This document shows positions 48,881 to 59,502 of a stretch of 64,000 nucleotides of DNA, piece after piece (position 1 is the first letter of the stretch; each line of letters begins with the position of its first letter). The translations under genes and the position numbers were made by a program. A model generated the notes under the pieces. The model worked only from the letters and a program-made list of their open reading frames with translations. It made no database searches and had not been told where the DNA came from. Source of the stretch: an uncultured Bacilli bacterium (GTDB taxonomy: Bacteria > Bacillota_I > Bacilli_A > RF39 > UBA660); the NCBI GenBank assembly GCA_949451605.1, contig CASTSB010000005.1:1096-65095 (forward strand). The letters run 5' to 3'.

Positions 48881-51055
48881 TTATTTTTGATCAACAAGTG
48901 TTACAAGTGGTCTTGGTGGAGCTACTACAACTTCTGGTTGTACAGGAGCACTTGGCATTTCATTAACATTTGTGCTTGGATTTAAATTAGTTTGCTGATT
49001 ACCACCAAATAAAACCTTATCTAATTCTGAAGAATTATTATCTTCAAAACTATTTTCAAAATCATCATCTTCATCTAAATCAAGTTTAGGTAATGAATTT
49101 TGATTTGTAGTTACATTAGATATTATATCTTCCATCGAAGTTTGATTATTAATGTCGTTAACTGGAGTCTCCATTTCAGGAATTGCCTCAATTCCTGCAT
49201 TTACATTCTTCTTAGTAGCAGTCATATAGTCATAATCACTTACTTTTGGAACTACAGGTGCTGGCTCTGCTACCTTTTCTTCTTCATAAATTTCTCCAGG
49301 TGCACGCCCATTCCAAATAGTAACAACGTCTACATTACCACTCCATGGAGCTGGATTTGGCATTTCCATTTTTACAATTAAAGGAATTTTAAAAGCTGTA
49401 CCAAAACCTAAACAAGTACCAGATTGTAAAGACTTCTGTTTTTCTACTATTTCATCACTAATATTTGGAACCATTTTTCTAATATATTCAACATCTACTG
49501 GATGGTTCATTTTAAATATTAAGAAATTCATACATTGAGAAATACATGTATCACTCATTTCACTTGGTCTTTGCGAAATAAGTCCAAGTAAAACTCCATA
49601 TTTACGACCTTCTTTAGCAATACGTTCAAATATATTATATCCAATCAAAAACCTATCTGTATCATTTTGAATATATCTATGAGCTTCTTCAACAACAACA
49701 TGGAAAGGAATACTACCTCTTTGTTGTAAACCCTTAGCAAATTCAAATACAAGTCTTGAATAAATCTTAGTAATTACCTTAGCAAAATCATCATCTACAT
49801 CATCTAAATTAATATTTACAATTTGATACTTAGTACCATTATCAATAATTAAAGATGACAAGTAAGATTCAAGTGGTGTATAAGTATCATATTCAAAGAA
49901 TTTAGCATATTTTCCAACTATTAATGAATGAAGTCTTACTTTAATAGTAATAGCATCACCATAAGTATTCGCATTTCTTAACCATCCTTCACTAATTAAT
50001 GCAAAGTTTAAAGCTTTCTCTAAAGTATCTAAATCATAATAAACATCTTCTTTTGGCTCATAACTATCTAGTTCACTCTTAATAAATGAAGAAATATATT
50101 CAGTAAGTAAAACACTTTCAGTAAATTGTCCTGAATTATCTATTAAGAAACAATCTCTAAATTTTCTTGTATATCCAATTCCTTGAACTGGTGCTTCCAA
50201 ATTAAACTGTGGAGTTGAACAACTAGCTAAAATTGAAAATACTTCATTTCTCTTATTAGGAGAAGTCTCATTAGTATACAAAATAGTCATAATAGCTTTT
50301 GCGATTAAATGGTTCATATATTGATTAGCATCCATTCCTTCTTGTGAAAAGATAAGTGCTAACTTTTGCATTCTTTCAATTAAAGGAAGCTGAGAATGAT
50401 TGGTACATTGTAATAATAGTGCTAAATCATCTTTATTTAATAAATAAATTGGTAATCTTAATTTTTCACCTAAATTATCTGACTCATTAGTACTAAAGAA
50501 ACGGTAATGATAATTATTATCAATTTTATTTAAATCTTTGAAAGCATTATAATACTCTCCAGATGAATCAAATAGTAATATATTTGCTTTATAAGGAAAT
50601 AATCTCTTATCTAAAAACATATTTTGAAAAAGTCTTGAAATACCACAAGATTTACCAGAACCTGAATTACCAAATATGGCAAAATGTCCTCCAAAGAAAT
50701 TATTAACATCTAAATAAGCAGGTAAATTATTATAGAAAGGACTAACTCCTAAAGGCATATAACCTTTTTCATTCTTACCTGTAATCATTGGAATTTCTGC
50801 TGGCTCTATTACTCTTACACTAGCATCAAGAGAAGGTTTACGAAGAGTTCCACCAATTAAATTTCCATTTACTATCTCACCCAAAAATCTAGCTTTAACT
50901 AACTCTCCATCTAAATTATCAACTTCCGCTAAAATCTTTTTATCCTTATCTTCAAAAACCAAATGCAAATTCATTAAGTTAATTGTCAAATGTTCTGCAT
51001 CTTTTAACTTAATGTTTGCATAATGATCACCGATATAAACTATTCTATCAAACAC
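48881..51055 (-). CDS. DUF87/HerA-FtsK-like P-loop ATPase with disordered acidic, Pro-rich C-terminal tail
   Basis: Walker A FGNSGSGKSCG, Walker B HVVVEEAHRY, and a C-terminal E/P/N-rich low-complexity region of about 150 aa. Confidence 0.65.
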   Translation of the reverse strand: MFDRIVYIGDHYANIKLKDAEHLTINLMNLHLVFEDKDKKILAEVDNLDGELVKARFLGEIVNGNLIGGTLRKPSLDASVRVIEPAEIPMITGKNEKGYMPLGVSPFYNNLPAYLDVNNFFGGHFAIFGNSGSGKSCGISRLFQNMFLDKRLFPYKANILLFDSSGEYYNAFKDLNKIDNNYHYRFFSTNESDNLGEKLRLPIYLLNKDDLALLLQCTNHSQLPLIERMQKLALIFSQEGMDANQYMNHLIAKAIMTILYTNETSPNKRNEVFSILASCSTPQFNLEAPVQGIGYTRKFRDCFLIDNSGQFTESVLLTEYISSFIKSELDSYEPKEDVYYDLDTLEKALNFALISEGWLRNANTYGDAITIKVRLHSLIVGKYAKFFEYDTYTPLESYLSSLIIDNGTKYQIVNINLDDVDDDFAKVITKIYSRLVFEFAKGLQQRGSIPFHVVVEEAHRYIQNDTDRFLIGYNIFERIAKEGRKYGVLLGLISQRPSEMSDTCISQCMNFLIFKMNHPVDVEYIRKMVPNISDEIVEKQKSLQSGTCLGFGTAFKIPLIVKMEMPNPAPWSGNVDVVTIWNGRAPGEIYEEEKVAEPAPVVPKVSDYDYMTATKKNVNAGIEAIPEMETPVNDINNQTSMEDIISNVTTNQNSLPKLDLDEDDDFENSFEDNNSSELDKVLFGGNQQTNLNPSTNVNEMPSAPVQPEVVVAPPRPLVTLVDQK

Positions 51056-51190
51056 TAAAACATCACCTTATCCTTTTTCCCCTATCATAATAAAATTATA
51101 ACTTTTTATATTAAAAAAAACAATAAAAAGAAAAAAGAAAATAAATTTGCATTTACTTTCTACTAAAATTATTTAATAATTGAATCATTT

Positions 51191-51925
51191 TCAAAATTTT
51201 AACTTTATAACTATTTTTTTTAAAATAAAACAAACGCCTACCCCAACAAATATTAAACTTACAATTTGATTACAAGATAAAAAAATATTAATATGACTTG
51301 CTCTTAAATATTCTAGTAAGAATTTAGATAATCCACATAAAATAAAAGCAAAGCCAATAATATAATCTTTATTTTTTTCTTTCTTTATTAAAAAAGATAA
51401 ATAAACAAATATTAATATAAATACAAATGCCTCCAATAATTGTATTGGAAATAAACTTTCTCCTTTAGGAGCACTTAAAGAATAATTATAAATAACTTTA
51501 AAAATGCCATTATATTTTATACCATAGCAACATCCTGATAAAAAACACCCTATCTTACCAATCCCATACATTAAAGGAATAGATGTAACTAGTAAATATA
51601 TTAAATCCTTATATTTTATTTTAAACTGCTTACTATAAATAAATAGCACTATTAAAATACCAATAACTGCTCCATAAGAGGAAAGACCAAGTTTAAAAAA
51701 ATCAAATACACCTTTAAATTTTTCATAATTTGTATAATAAGTATAGTATTTTGCCCCAATAATTGCTCCTAAAGCAATATATATTAAAAGCGCATATACT
51801 TTTTCATTTTCTAAAATGACTTTTTTAGCATTAAAATAAACAACTAATAATCCTAAAATAACTCCTATAATAATACAAAATCCATACAAAGTAAGATCAA
51901 CATTAAACATTATATAACACCACAA
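51191..51925 (-). CDS. Lgt-family-like membrane protein with divergent signature
   Basis: YGIGKIGCFLSGCCYG in place of the Lgt signature YGLGRIGNFINGELWG. Seven hydrophobic helices. Confidence 0.45.
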   Translation of the reverse strand: MWCYIMFNVDLTLYGFCIIIGVILGLLVVYFNAKKVILENEKVYALLIYIALGAIIGAKYYTYYTNYEKFKGVFDFFKLGLSSYGAVIGILIVLFIYSKQFKIKYKDLIYLLVTSIPLMYGIGKIGCFLSGCCYGIKYNGIFKVIYNYSLSAPKGESLFPIQLLEAFVFILIFVYLSFLIKKEKNKDYIIGFAFILCGLSKFLLEYLRASHINIFLSCNQIVSLIFVGVGVCFILKKIVIKLKF

Positions 51926-52305
51926 CTTTTTAAAAATTGAAATGTAATTATCATAACTAGACCAATAAAATAAAGAAAAATTATTAATAAAATACTACAA
52001 ATAGTTCTTACATGTTTATTTTTTTTATATTTTATAACTCCACCTATACTTAAACTTAATAAAGCATAAATTAAAAAAGGAATTATTTCTTCCAATACAC
52101 CTGTAAAAAGACAAATTAATAAAATAGCCATTAAAAGAAAGATAAAATTTACATAATTATTTCCTTCTTTTAAAGACGCTTTTGCTTTTTCAACATCAAT
52201 TCGTTCCTCAAAAATTTCTACTCCACAATTAGGACAGACTTTTATATTGTCAATGGCTAGTTTTTCTCCACAATTTCTACAATAATTATTCATAATCTTC
52301 TTCAC
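51910..52305 (-). CDS. zinc-ribbon membrane protein
   Basis: CRNCGEKL...CPNCGVEI then three TM helices. Confidence 0.45.
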   Translation of the reverse strand: MKKIMNNYCRNCGEKLAIDNIKVCPNCGVEIFEERIDVEKAKASLKEGNNYVNFIFLLMAILLICLFTGVLEEIIPFLIYALLSLSIGGVIKYKKNKHVRTICSILLIIFLYFIGLVMIITFQFLKSCGVI

Positions 52306-52861
52306 CTACTTCATCTTCAGAATATGAATTTAAATCTTCTTGTTTCTTATCTTTTCCATAAATATTTTTACCCTCTACAGCATAATATTGATTATTTTTC
52401 TCAACAACTGTAATTATATGATCAATCCCATCAATTTCAACATTAAAATAATAAGATTTACAATCATTTTCATATTTATATTCTTCGCACATACCACCAT
52501 CACATCCCATAACAGGATCAGCTTTACAATTACCAGATTTTATACACTGTCCAGAAGAATCATACTTAATTTCATATTCAAATACATTAGGCATTTTCTT
52601 TATATATGGAACAACATACTCTTTTTTCAATTTATAGATAAATATTTGATACATCCCTTCTTTTACTAAAAAGAAACCTAAAACAAAAATAAAAATTATT
52701 AAAAAACAATTTCTTATTACTCTATTTTTTTCTTTTTCCGCAGGAGTTTTATAATTATAAGGAATATCAACTACGGGAGTATTACATTTATTACACACAA
52801 AATCATCTTTTAGTAATTTATTTCCACAATTAGTACAGTAATTATTCATATTTAACACCAC
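52286..52861 (-). CDS. zinc-ribbon / TM / Cys-rich extracellular-domain protein
   Basis: CTNCGNKL...CNKCNT, TM helix, CIKSGNCKADPVMGCDGGMCEEY. Confidence 0.45.
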   Translation of the reverse strand: MVLNMNNYCTNCGNKLLKDDFVCNKCNTPVVDIPYNYKTPAEKEKNRVIRNCFLIIFIFVLGFFLVKEGMYQIFIYKLKKEYVVPYIKKMPNVFEYEIKYDSSGQCIKSGNCKADPVMGCDGGMCEEYKYENDCKSYYFNVEIDGIDHIITVVEKNNQYYAVEGKNIYGKDKKQEDLNSYSEDEVGEEDYE

Positions 52862-52910
52862 TCTTTATTATCTATAAGTATAACAAAAAAAAATAGATAT
52901 CGCTATCTAT

Positions 52911-53204
52911 TTAAATTAATTCTTCTAACTCTTCTTTTAATTTTTTATCACTTATTAAAGAAGCAATTTCAATAAGTCTTTCTCTTTTCTTTTTTAATTC
53001 TAATTTTGTTTCAAATTCTTCTAGCTTTTCTTTTGTTATTTTTAATTGTTTAAATATAGCATTTCTACTTACAGAATATTTATCAGCCATCTCTGAAAAG
53101 CTTAAGTTCATAAAATAATAATCTTCAAAATATTCTTTCTGCTTTTCAGTAAGAAGCTTTGAATATAAATCATACAATTCATTATAGTAAAGTACTTCTT
53201 CCAT
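52911..53204 (-). CDS. ylxM: YlxM/UPF0122 SRP-associated HTH protein
   Basis: YYFMNLSFSEMADKYSVSRNAIFKQLK sigma-70 region-4-like HTH. Adjacent to ftsY. Confidence 0.7.
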   Translation of the reverse strand: MEEVLYYNELYDLYSKLLTEKQKEYFEDYYFMNLSFSEMADKYSVSRNAIFKQLKITKEKLEEFETKLELKKKRERLIEIASLISDKKLKEELEELI

Positions 53205-53205
53205 A

Positions 53206-53478
53206 CTACACCCCCAAAAATGATAAAATAGTATTTAATAACACTACAACACCAAGTAAAAAATAAATGACAGTAAAATATTTTCTTTTATAGATTAAAT
53301 GATTATTAATTCCCATAGAAATCAAAGAAAGTCCTAAAAAAAGTTCAACATATATAACTATGCTTTGATTAAAGAAAAACCATATTAATAAAATTATCGT
53401 AACAATGGTAAAAAACAACTGCAAATCTACAAAGAATATATTCTTATTATTAATTTTACTTTTATCTTTATCTTTCAT
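53206..53478 (-). CDS. small two-TM membrane protein
   Basis: 90-aa ORF, two hydrophobic helices. Confidence 0.35.
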   Translation of the reverse strand: MKDKDKSKINNKNIFFVDLQLFFTIVTIILLIWFFFNQSIVIYVELFLGLSLISMGINNHLIYKRKYFTVIYFLLGVVVLLNTILSFLGV

Positions 53479-53485
53479 AATTCAC

Positions 53486-54571
53486 CTACATCATATCTTT
53501 AAATAAACCATAGATATATTTTTCTATATCAAATACTTGAAGATCATCTTTTGTCTCACCAAGTCCAATATACTTAACAGGCAAACTAACATCTTCTTTT
53601 ATCGCTAGTACTATACCACCTTTAGCAGTACCATCAAGTTTTGTTAAAACAATACCAGTTATATTTGTTATTTCTTTAAAAGCCTTCGCTTGACTAATTC
53701 CATTTTGACCAGTAGTAGCATCAATAACAAGTAAAGTTTCACTTGCGCCACCTTCAACTAAAGAATCAATAACTTTATTCATTTTTTCCAATTCTTTCAT
53801 TAGATTAACTTTATTTTGAAGTCTACCTGCTGTATCAATTAATACAACATCATAACTATCATCTTGAGCTACTTTAATACCATCAAACACAACACTTGCA
53901 GGATCTGAACCTTCTTCTTTACCATAGAATCCTACATCAATTTTTTTGCTCCACTCTTTTAATTGTTGAACAGCTCCTGCTCTAAAAGTATCAGCTCCAA
54001 CTAAAAGAACCTTCTTTCCTTCACCCTTCATCTTATTTGCAAGTTTTCCAATTGTTGTAGTTTTACCAACACCATTAACGCCTACAAACAAAATAACAGT
54101 TGGACCATTTTCTCTATAATTTATCTTACTAGATAATACTTCATCATTTACATAAATAATAAACAATTCATCTACAATAATTTCTTTTAATTCTTCAGGA
54201 TCCGTTAAATTTTCATGACGAACTCTATCTCTAATTCTATCCATAAAGTTCATAACAGTATTAACACCAATATCTGCCATAATAAGTATTTCTTCTAACT
54301 CTTCAAAATACTCTTCATTTACTTTACTATATTTTGAAGTAAGAGAAGCAAGCTTTGATACAAATCCTTGTCTTGATTTAGTTAAACCTTTTTCATATAC
54401 TTTAACACTACTTTTGTTTGTATCATCCTTTTTTATATCATTATTTGAAGTGTTAATAGACGCATCCGCTGAATTGTTCTCACTATCTTCAACCTTTAAA
54501 ACAGTATCAGTTTCTTCAACTTCCTTCTTAAACATATTTCTAATTTTGTTAAATAAACCCATTATAATCAC
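53486..54571 (-). CDS. ftsY: SRP receptor FtsY
   Basis: GVNGVGKTTTIGKLA, DTAGR, TKLDGTAKGG. Confidence 0.9.
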   Translation of the reverse strand: MIIMGLFNKIRNMFKKEVEETDTVLKVEDSENNSADASINTSNNDIKKDDTNKSSVKVYEKGLTKSRQGFVSKLASLTSKYSKVNEEYFEELEEILIMADIGVNTVMNFMDRIRDRVRHENLTDPEELKEIIVDELFIIYVNDEVLSSKINYRENGPTVILFVGVNGVGKTTTIGKLANKMKGEGKKVLLVGADTFRAGAVQQLKEWSKKIDVGFYGKEEGSDPASVVFDGIKVAQDDSYDVVLIDTAGRLQNKVNLMKELEKMNKVIDSLVEGGASETLLVIDATTGQNGISQAKAFKEITNITGIVLTKLDGTAKGGIVLAIKEDVSLPVKYIGLGETKDDLQVFDIEKYIYGLFKDMM

Positions 54572-54647
54572 CTATTTCATATTATAACATGAACTATCCT
54601 TTAAAATAAACGAAAAAAGAGAATTATAATTCTCTAAATTCTAAAGA

Positions 54648-55472
54648 TTAATCATTATTTTTATATCTAAATAATACAGAAGGCCTATGTCCCCCTCCGG
54701 TTTTCATTTTTTCTGTTTTCTCTACTTTATTCGCAATAATTCTTCTAAAAGCTGGATCTAACAATTTTTTACCTAATATAACTTCATATACTTGTTGTAG
54801 CTCTCCTAACGTAAAATACTTAGGCATCATATTAAATACAATATCTGTATACTCTATTTTATTCTTTAATCTTGATATACCAGTCGCAATAACCAATGCA
54901 TGATCAAAAGCTAATTTATCATTTTCAATAATTTCATACTTATAATTTTCAGCTGTCCTAGAAGATAAAATTTTCTTTAACTTAAATTTAATTGTTTCAT
55001 TTCCATTATCTAGAGTAACATTAATTTCTTCTTTATCTTCTAATACAAATATATTAAACCATGAAGCCTTTTTAGAAATACTATTAGTTAATTTATTTTT
55101 ATCAATTAAAGCCATATACGAAGTAGATATAACTCTCATTCTAGGATCTCTATTTGGATTACTATAAGTATATAGTTGTTCTAAATAAATATTTTTAATG
55201 TTAGCCTCATCTTCTAATATCCTTTTAGCAGCATCTTCAATCTCTTCATCAATTCTTATAAAGCCACCTGGTAAACACCATTTATCTTTAAAAGGATAGG
55301 TATCTCTTTTTACAAGTAACACACTAAAATGTTTTTCATTTAATTTCCTATAATTTTCTTGTAAACCATCTGATACACTAAATATAAGAATATCTGTTGT
55401 AAGAGATAGTCTATCAAACTCATTAGGATTATAATCTTTTAAAAACTCTTCTTCGGATTTATATTCTTTCAT
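54648..55472 (-). CDS. nrtR: NrtR-like Nudix-related transcriptional regulator
   Basis: Nudix fold (LPGGFIRIDEEIEDAAKRILEDE) plus C-terminal winged-helix-like FTLGELQQVYEVILGKKLLDPAFRRI. Lies next to nadD-nadE-pncB-pncA. Confidence 0.65.
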   Translation of the reverse strand: MKEYKSEEEFLKDYNPNEFDRLSLTTDILIFSVSDGLQENYRKLNEKHFSVLLVKRDTYPFKDKWCLPGGFIRIDEEIEDAAKRILEDEANIKNIYLEQLYTYSNPNRDPRMRVISTSYMALIDKNKLTNSISKKASWFNIFVLEDKEEINVTLDNGNETIKFKLKKILSSRTAENYKYEIIENDKLAFDHALVIATGISRLKNKIEYTDIVFNMMPKYFTLGELQQVYEVILGKKLLDPAFRRIIANKVEKTEKMKTGGGHRPSVLFRYKNND

Positions 55473-55500
55473 ATCTCTACCTCTTTTTCTTATAACTTGA

Positions 55501-56100
55501 TTATATCACAACAACTTTTTTTCGGGAAAAATTATATAATTTATTATTTTCTATATATTCTACTACCTCATTATCTACTAAATTTAAAACATTTTTTCCC
55601 TCTTCAAGCTCTTTTCTAATATATGTTGAAGATAAATTACCAAAAACTTTATCTATTACAATAATATTTTTAATATTTAAATTTTCAAGTATTTTTTCTA
55701 TATTATCATCATTTCTTTTAAAAACTATCAATCTATAATTGTTTAAAATATAATTAAATTTTTTCCAAGTTTTAAACTCTCTTAAATTATCCGACCCACA
55801 TATAAAATAAATCTCAGAATCTTTATATTTGTTTTTAAAATAATCTAATGTTTGATAAGTATAAACTAAATTGTTTTTTATTTCATAATCAGAAACTTCC
55901 AAATAATTATTATTTTTTATCATTATTTTTAACATTTCTATTCTACTATTTGAACTAATTAAATCTTTCTTTTCATACTTATCACCAGTTGGTACATAAA
56001 TAACTTTATCCAAATATTTACTATTAACTAAATACATACCAATTTCCTTATGTATTTTATGAGGTGGATTAAAAGAACCTCCAAATATTCCTATCTTCAT
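55501..56100 (-). CDS. nadD: nicotinate-nucleotide adenylyltransferase
   Basis: GIFGGSFNPPHKIH. Confidence 0.85.
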   Translation of the reverse strand: MKIGIFGGSFNPPHKIHKEIGMYLVNSKYLDKVIYVPTGDKYEKKDLISSNSRIEMLKIMIKNNNYLEVSDYEIKNNLVYTYQTLDYFKNKYKDSEIYFICGSDNLREFKTWKKFNYILNNYRLIVFKRNDDNIEKILENLNIKNIIVIDKVFGNLSSTYIRKELEEGKNVLNLVDNEVVEYIENNKLYNFSRKKVVVI

Positions 56101-58019
56101 TACTCTATTCCTTCTAACTCTTCTAAAAAAATATTATAAGAAACATCACTTACCATCTTAAAATCTCCTCTTGGAGATAGAGAAATATCACAGACTTTTA
56201 CTCCATCGGGAACACAATTTCTTTTAAATTGTTGGGTAAAAAATCTTTTAAAAAACACTTTTAACCATTTTAATATTTCTTTTTCATTAAATTCATCTTT
56301 AAACGTTTCTTTTGCTAAAAAGTAAATCTTCTTAGGTCTAGCCCCATATTTTAGAAAATGATATAAAAAGAAATCATGTAATATATAAGGACCAATAAAT
56401 TTCTCTGTATCTTGTACTACTTGTTGCTTACTAGTAGGTATTAACTCTGGTGAAATTGGCGTATTTAATATATCTTCTATAACTTTTTTATTTTCTTTAT
56501 TAGTATCATTATTTCTTATATATTCAACTAAATATCTTATTAAGGTTTTTGGAATACCACTATTAATTCCATACATACTCATATGATCTCCATTATAAGT
56601 ACAAAATCCTAAAGCAGCTTCACTTAAATCCCCAGTCCCAATTACAATAGCATTTTCTTTATTCGCAATATCCATAAGTATTTGTGTTCTTTCTCTAGCT
56701 TGAGCATTTTCATAAGTTATATCATGAATATTCATATCTTGACTAATATCTTCAAAATGACTAATACAAGTTTTTTTAATATCTATTTCTTTAAATGTAG
56801 CATTATTAATACTAATTAGCTTTAAAGCATTTTTATAAGTTCTAGTAGTTGTTCCAAAACCAGGCATTGTAATCGCAATAATATTTTTATTATCTATTCC
56901 ATACTTTTCAAAAGTTCTTTTTATAACTAAAAATGCCAGTGTTGAATCTAATCCTCCAGATACACCTATTACACATTTAAAATTATTTAGATGTTTTAAT
57001 CTCTTATATAGTGCACAAGATAAAATGTTTAATATTTCTTCGCATTGAACATTTCTCTTTTCAAATTCATTTAAAACAAAAGGCATCTTAGAAAAAGTTC
57101 TAGTTAATTTTAAATTCTTACTATTTTCAAAATAAATCTTTCTAAAATCATATTCACTATTACTAAAACAATTATTTTTACATCTTTTATTAATTAATCT
57201 ATCAACATCGATATCTGTATATATTAAATTACTTTCAAAATTAAATCTTTCATTTTCTTCAAGCAAATCTCCATTTTCAAAAATCATACTAGAACCTGAA
57301 AATAAAAGATCTGTACTACTTTCATTAACTCCACTTGATGCATAAACATAACCTGAAATAGTTTTAGCAGACTCCACTTTTATTAAATCTTTTCTATAAT
57401 CATATTTAAAAGCTGTTTCATTACTTGCCGATAAATTAAATAAGATAGAGGCACCACCTAAAGCATAATCACTACTTTTAGATTTTACATTCCAAAGATC
57501 TTCGCATATTTCTATCGCAAACCTAAAATTTTTATTATTTAAACTGCAAAATATCAAATCATTTCCAAACGGAATATTTTGTCCAAATAAATTAATCTTT
57601 GTATCATTTTCTAATTCAGCACTACTAAACCACCTTGCTTCATAAAATTCATTATAATTTGGAATATAGGTTTTAGGTACAATTCCCAATAACTTACCAT
57701 TATTTATCACTACTGCACAATTATATAATTTATTTTTAACTCTTATTGGACAGCCAACAATAAAAATTATTTCTTTATTTAAAGAATACTCAATTAAATC
57801 CTTCAAACTATCTTCTGCTTTGATAATTAATTGATCTTGATGAAACAAATCTAAACAAGTATAACCAGTAATAGAAAGTTCAGGAAAAACTAATATTTGA
57901 ATATTTTTAGAAATAGCCAAATCTATTTGTTCTTTAATTTTAAGAGTATTGAATAAAGTATCCGCTACTTTAAGTTCAGGAACTGACGCCCCAACTTTTA
58001 TAAATCCATATTCATCCAT
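56100..58019 (-). CDS. nadE: glutamine-dependent NAD+ synthetase
   Basis: N-terminal CN-hydrolase domain (FPELSITGY, catalytic C in EICEDLW) and C-terminal GVSGGLDS PP-loop. Confidence 0.9.
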   Translation of the reverse strand: MDEYGFIKVGASVPELKVADTLFNTLKIKEQIDLAISKNIQILVFPELSITGYTCLDLFHQDQLIIKAEDSLKDLIEYSLNKEIIFIVGCPIRVKNKLYNCAVVINNGKLLGIVPKTYIPNYNEFYEARWFSSAELENDTKINLFGQNIPFGNDLIFCSLNNKNFRFAIEICEDLWNVKSKSSDYALGGASILFNLSASNETAFKYDYRKDLIKVESAKTISGYVYASSGVNESSTDLLFSGSSMIFENGDLLEENERFNFESNLIYTDIDVDRLINKRCKNNCFSNSEYDFRKIYFENSKNLKLTRTFSKMPFVLNEFEKRNVQCEEILNILSCALYKRLKHLNNFKCVIGVSGGLDSTLAFLVIKRTFEKYGIDNKNIIAITMPGFGTTTRTYKNALKLISINNATFKEIDIKKTCISHFEDISQDMNIHDITYENAQARERTQILMDIANKENAIVIGTGDLSEAALGFCTYNGDHMSMYGINSGIPKTLIRYLVEYIRNNDTNKENKKVIEDILNTPISPELIPTSKQQVVQDTEKFIGPYILHDFFLYHFLKYGARPKKIYFLAKETFKDEFNEKEILKWLKVFFKRFFTQQFKRNCVPDGVKVCDISLSPRGDFKMVSDVSYNIFLEELEGIE

Positions 58020-58029
58020 ATTTCTATCA

Positions 58030-59502
58030 TCACTTTCTCTTAATTAATTTTTTTGCATCTTTAATTAAATCAGTTTTCATTTTTACATAACTTTCTGTTC
58101 CATCAACATAATATTCATGTGGCATTTTATTTCTTTTAACTTCAGGATATAATGTTTTCATTTGTAAATCACAGTACTTTTTCTTAGTTAAAATATCTGG
58201 ATCAGTATAAACTAAGTTTCCACTTCTAAAAATCGGCTTTTGTAGTTCAACTAATTTAAAATTATCAAGTATAGAACTTTTTAAATTATCATTAATACTT
58301 ATAATAGTTAAATCTTTAGTATTAAGTTTTTCATCTTTCTCTGCCATAATATCTGCTAAGGCAAAACCAGTATTTTTATCATATGCTCTATATAATTTTT
58401 TGTATCCTGGATTAACAATTTTTACTGTATCATTACTAAGTTTTATTTTAGGAATCCATTTATTATCTTCCTTTAAAGCCACCTCTTTATACACACAACC
58501 CATTCTACCTTCTGGTTTAGAGATATTATCTCCCACACCCAAACTATTAAACTTAGCTCCTTCATTAACTAAAGATTCAATAACCTCAGCAGTAAGACCA
58601 TTACTCAAACAAATCTTAGCTTGTGGAAAACCTGCTTTATCTAGAATCTTTCTTGCCTCTTTAGATAAATAAGCTAAATCCCCAGAATCAATTCTTATTC
58701 CTATATTATTAAGACTAAGATTATTTCTCTTCATATAATCAAATACCTTTATTGCATTAATAACTCCACTTTTTAAAGTATCAAAAGTATCTACTAACAA
58801 AATACAGTTATCAGGATAAGCCTTAGCATAACTTAAAAATGCTTCATACTCACTTGGAAAAGATTCTATAAAACTATGAGCTAATGTTCCCATAGCCTTC
58901 ATATTTAACATATCAGCTACTATAACATTACTTGTTCCAACACATCCAGCCATAATCGCATATATAGAAGAATCAATTGCAGCTTCACACCCATCAGCTC
59001 TTCTTGCTCCAAACTCCATAACACCAACACCACTTGGAACAGATTCAATTATTCTCCTTGCCCCAGTAGCATGTTCCATTGCCCCATTAACAATAGATAA
59101 AATAGCTGTTTCAATTATTTGTGCTTCAATTAAAGGTGCTTTTACAGTAATAATAGGCTCATTTGGAAATACTGGAGTACCATCAGGAACAGCATAAATA
59201 TCTCCACTAAATTTAAAATTTTTTAAGTAATTTACAAATTCATTAGAATAACCTTTTCTCCTAAAATAATCTAAAGCTTTTTCATCAAATTTTAAATTTT
59301 CTATAAAAGGAATTAGCTTATCAATACCAGCCATAATCGCATATCCACCATTATTAGGTACTTTTCTAAAAAACACATCAAATACAGCCTCTTCCTTTTC
59401 CTTACCAGCAAGTAAATAACAATTAGCCATTGTATATTCATATTCATCTGTTAGTAATGAATAATTACGAGATAATCTTTCATAGCCATTATATATTTTC
59501 AT
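58030..59502 (-). CDS. pncB: nicotinate phosphoribosyltransferase
   Basis: LLTDEYEYTMANCY N-terminal motif, 490 aa. Confidence 0.85.
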   Translation of the reverse strand: MKIYNGYERLSRNYSLLTDEYEYTMANCYLLAGKEKEEAVFDVFFRKVPNNGGYAIMAGIDKLIPFIENLKFDEKALDYFRRKGYSNEFVNYLKNFKFSGDIYAVPDGTPVFPNEPIITVKAPLIEAQIIETAILSIVNGAMEHATGARRIIESVPSGVGVMEFGARRADGCEAAIDSSIYAIMAGCVGTSNVIVADMLNMKAMGTLAHSFIESFPSEYEAFLSYAKAYPDNCILLVDTFDTLKSGVINAIKVFDYMKRNNLSLNNIGIRIDSGDLAYLSKEARKILDKAGFPQAKICLSNGLTAEVIESLVNEGAKFNSLGVGDNISKPEGRMGCVYKEVALKEDNKWIPKIKLSNDTVKIVNPGYKKLYRAYDKNTGFALADIMAEKDEKLNTKDLTIISINDNLKSSILDNFKLVELQKPIFRSGNLVYTDPDILTKKKYCDLQMKTLYPEVKRNKMPHEYYVDGTESYVKMKTDLIKDAKKLIKRK

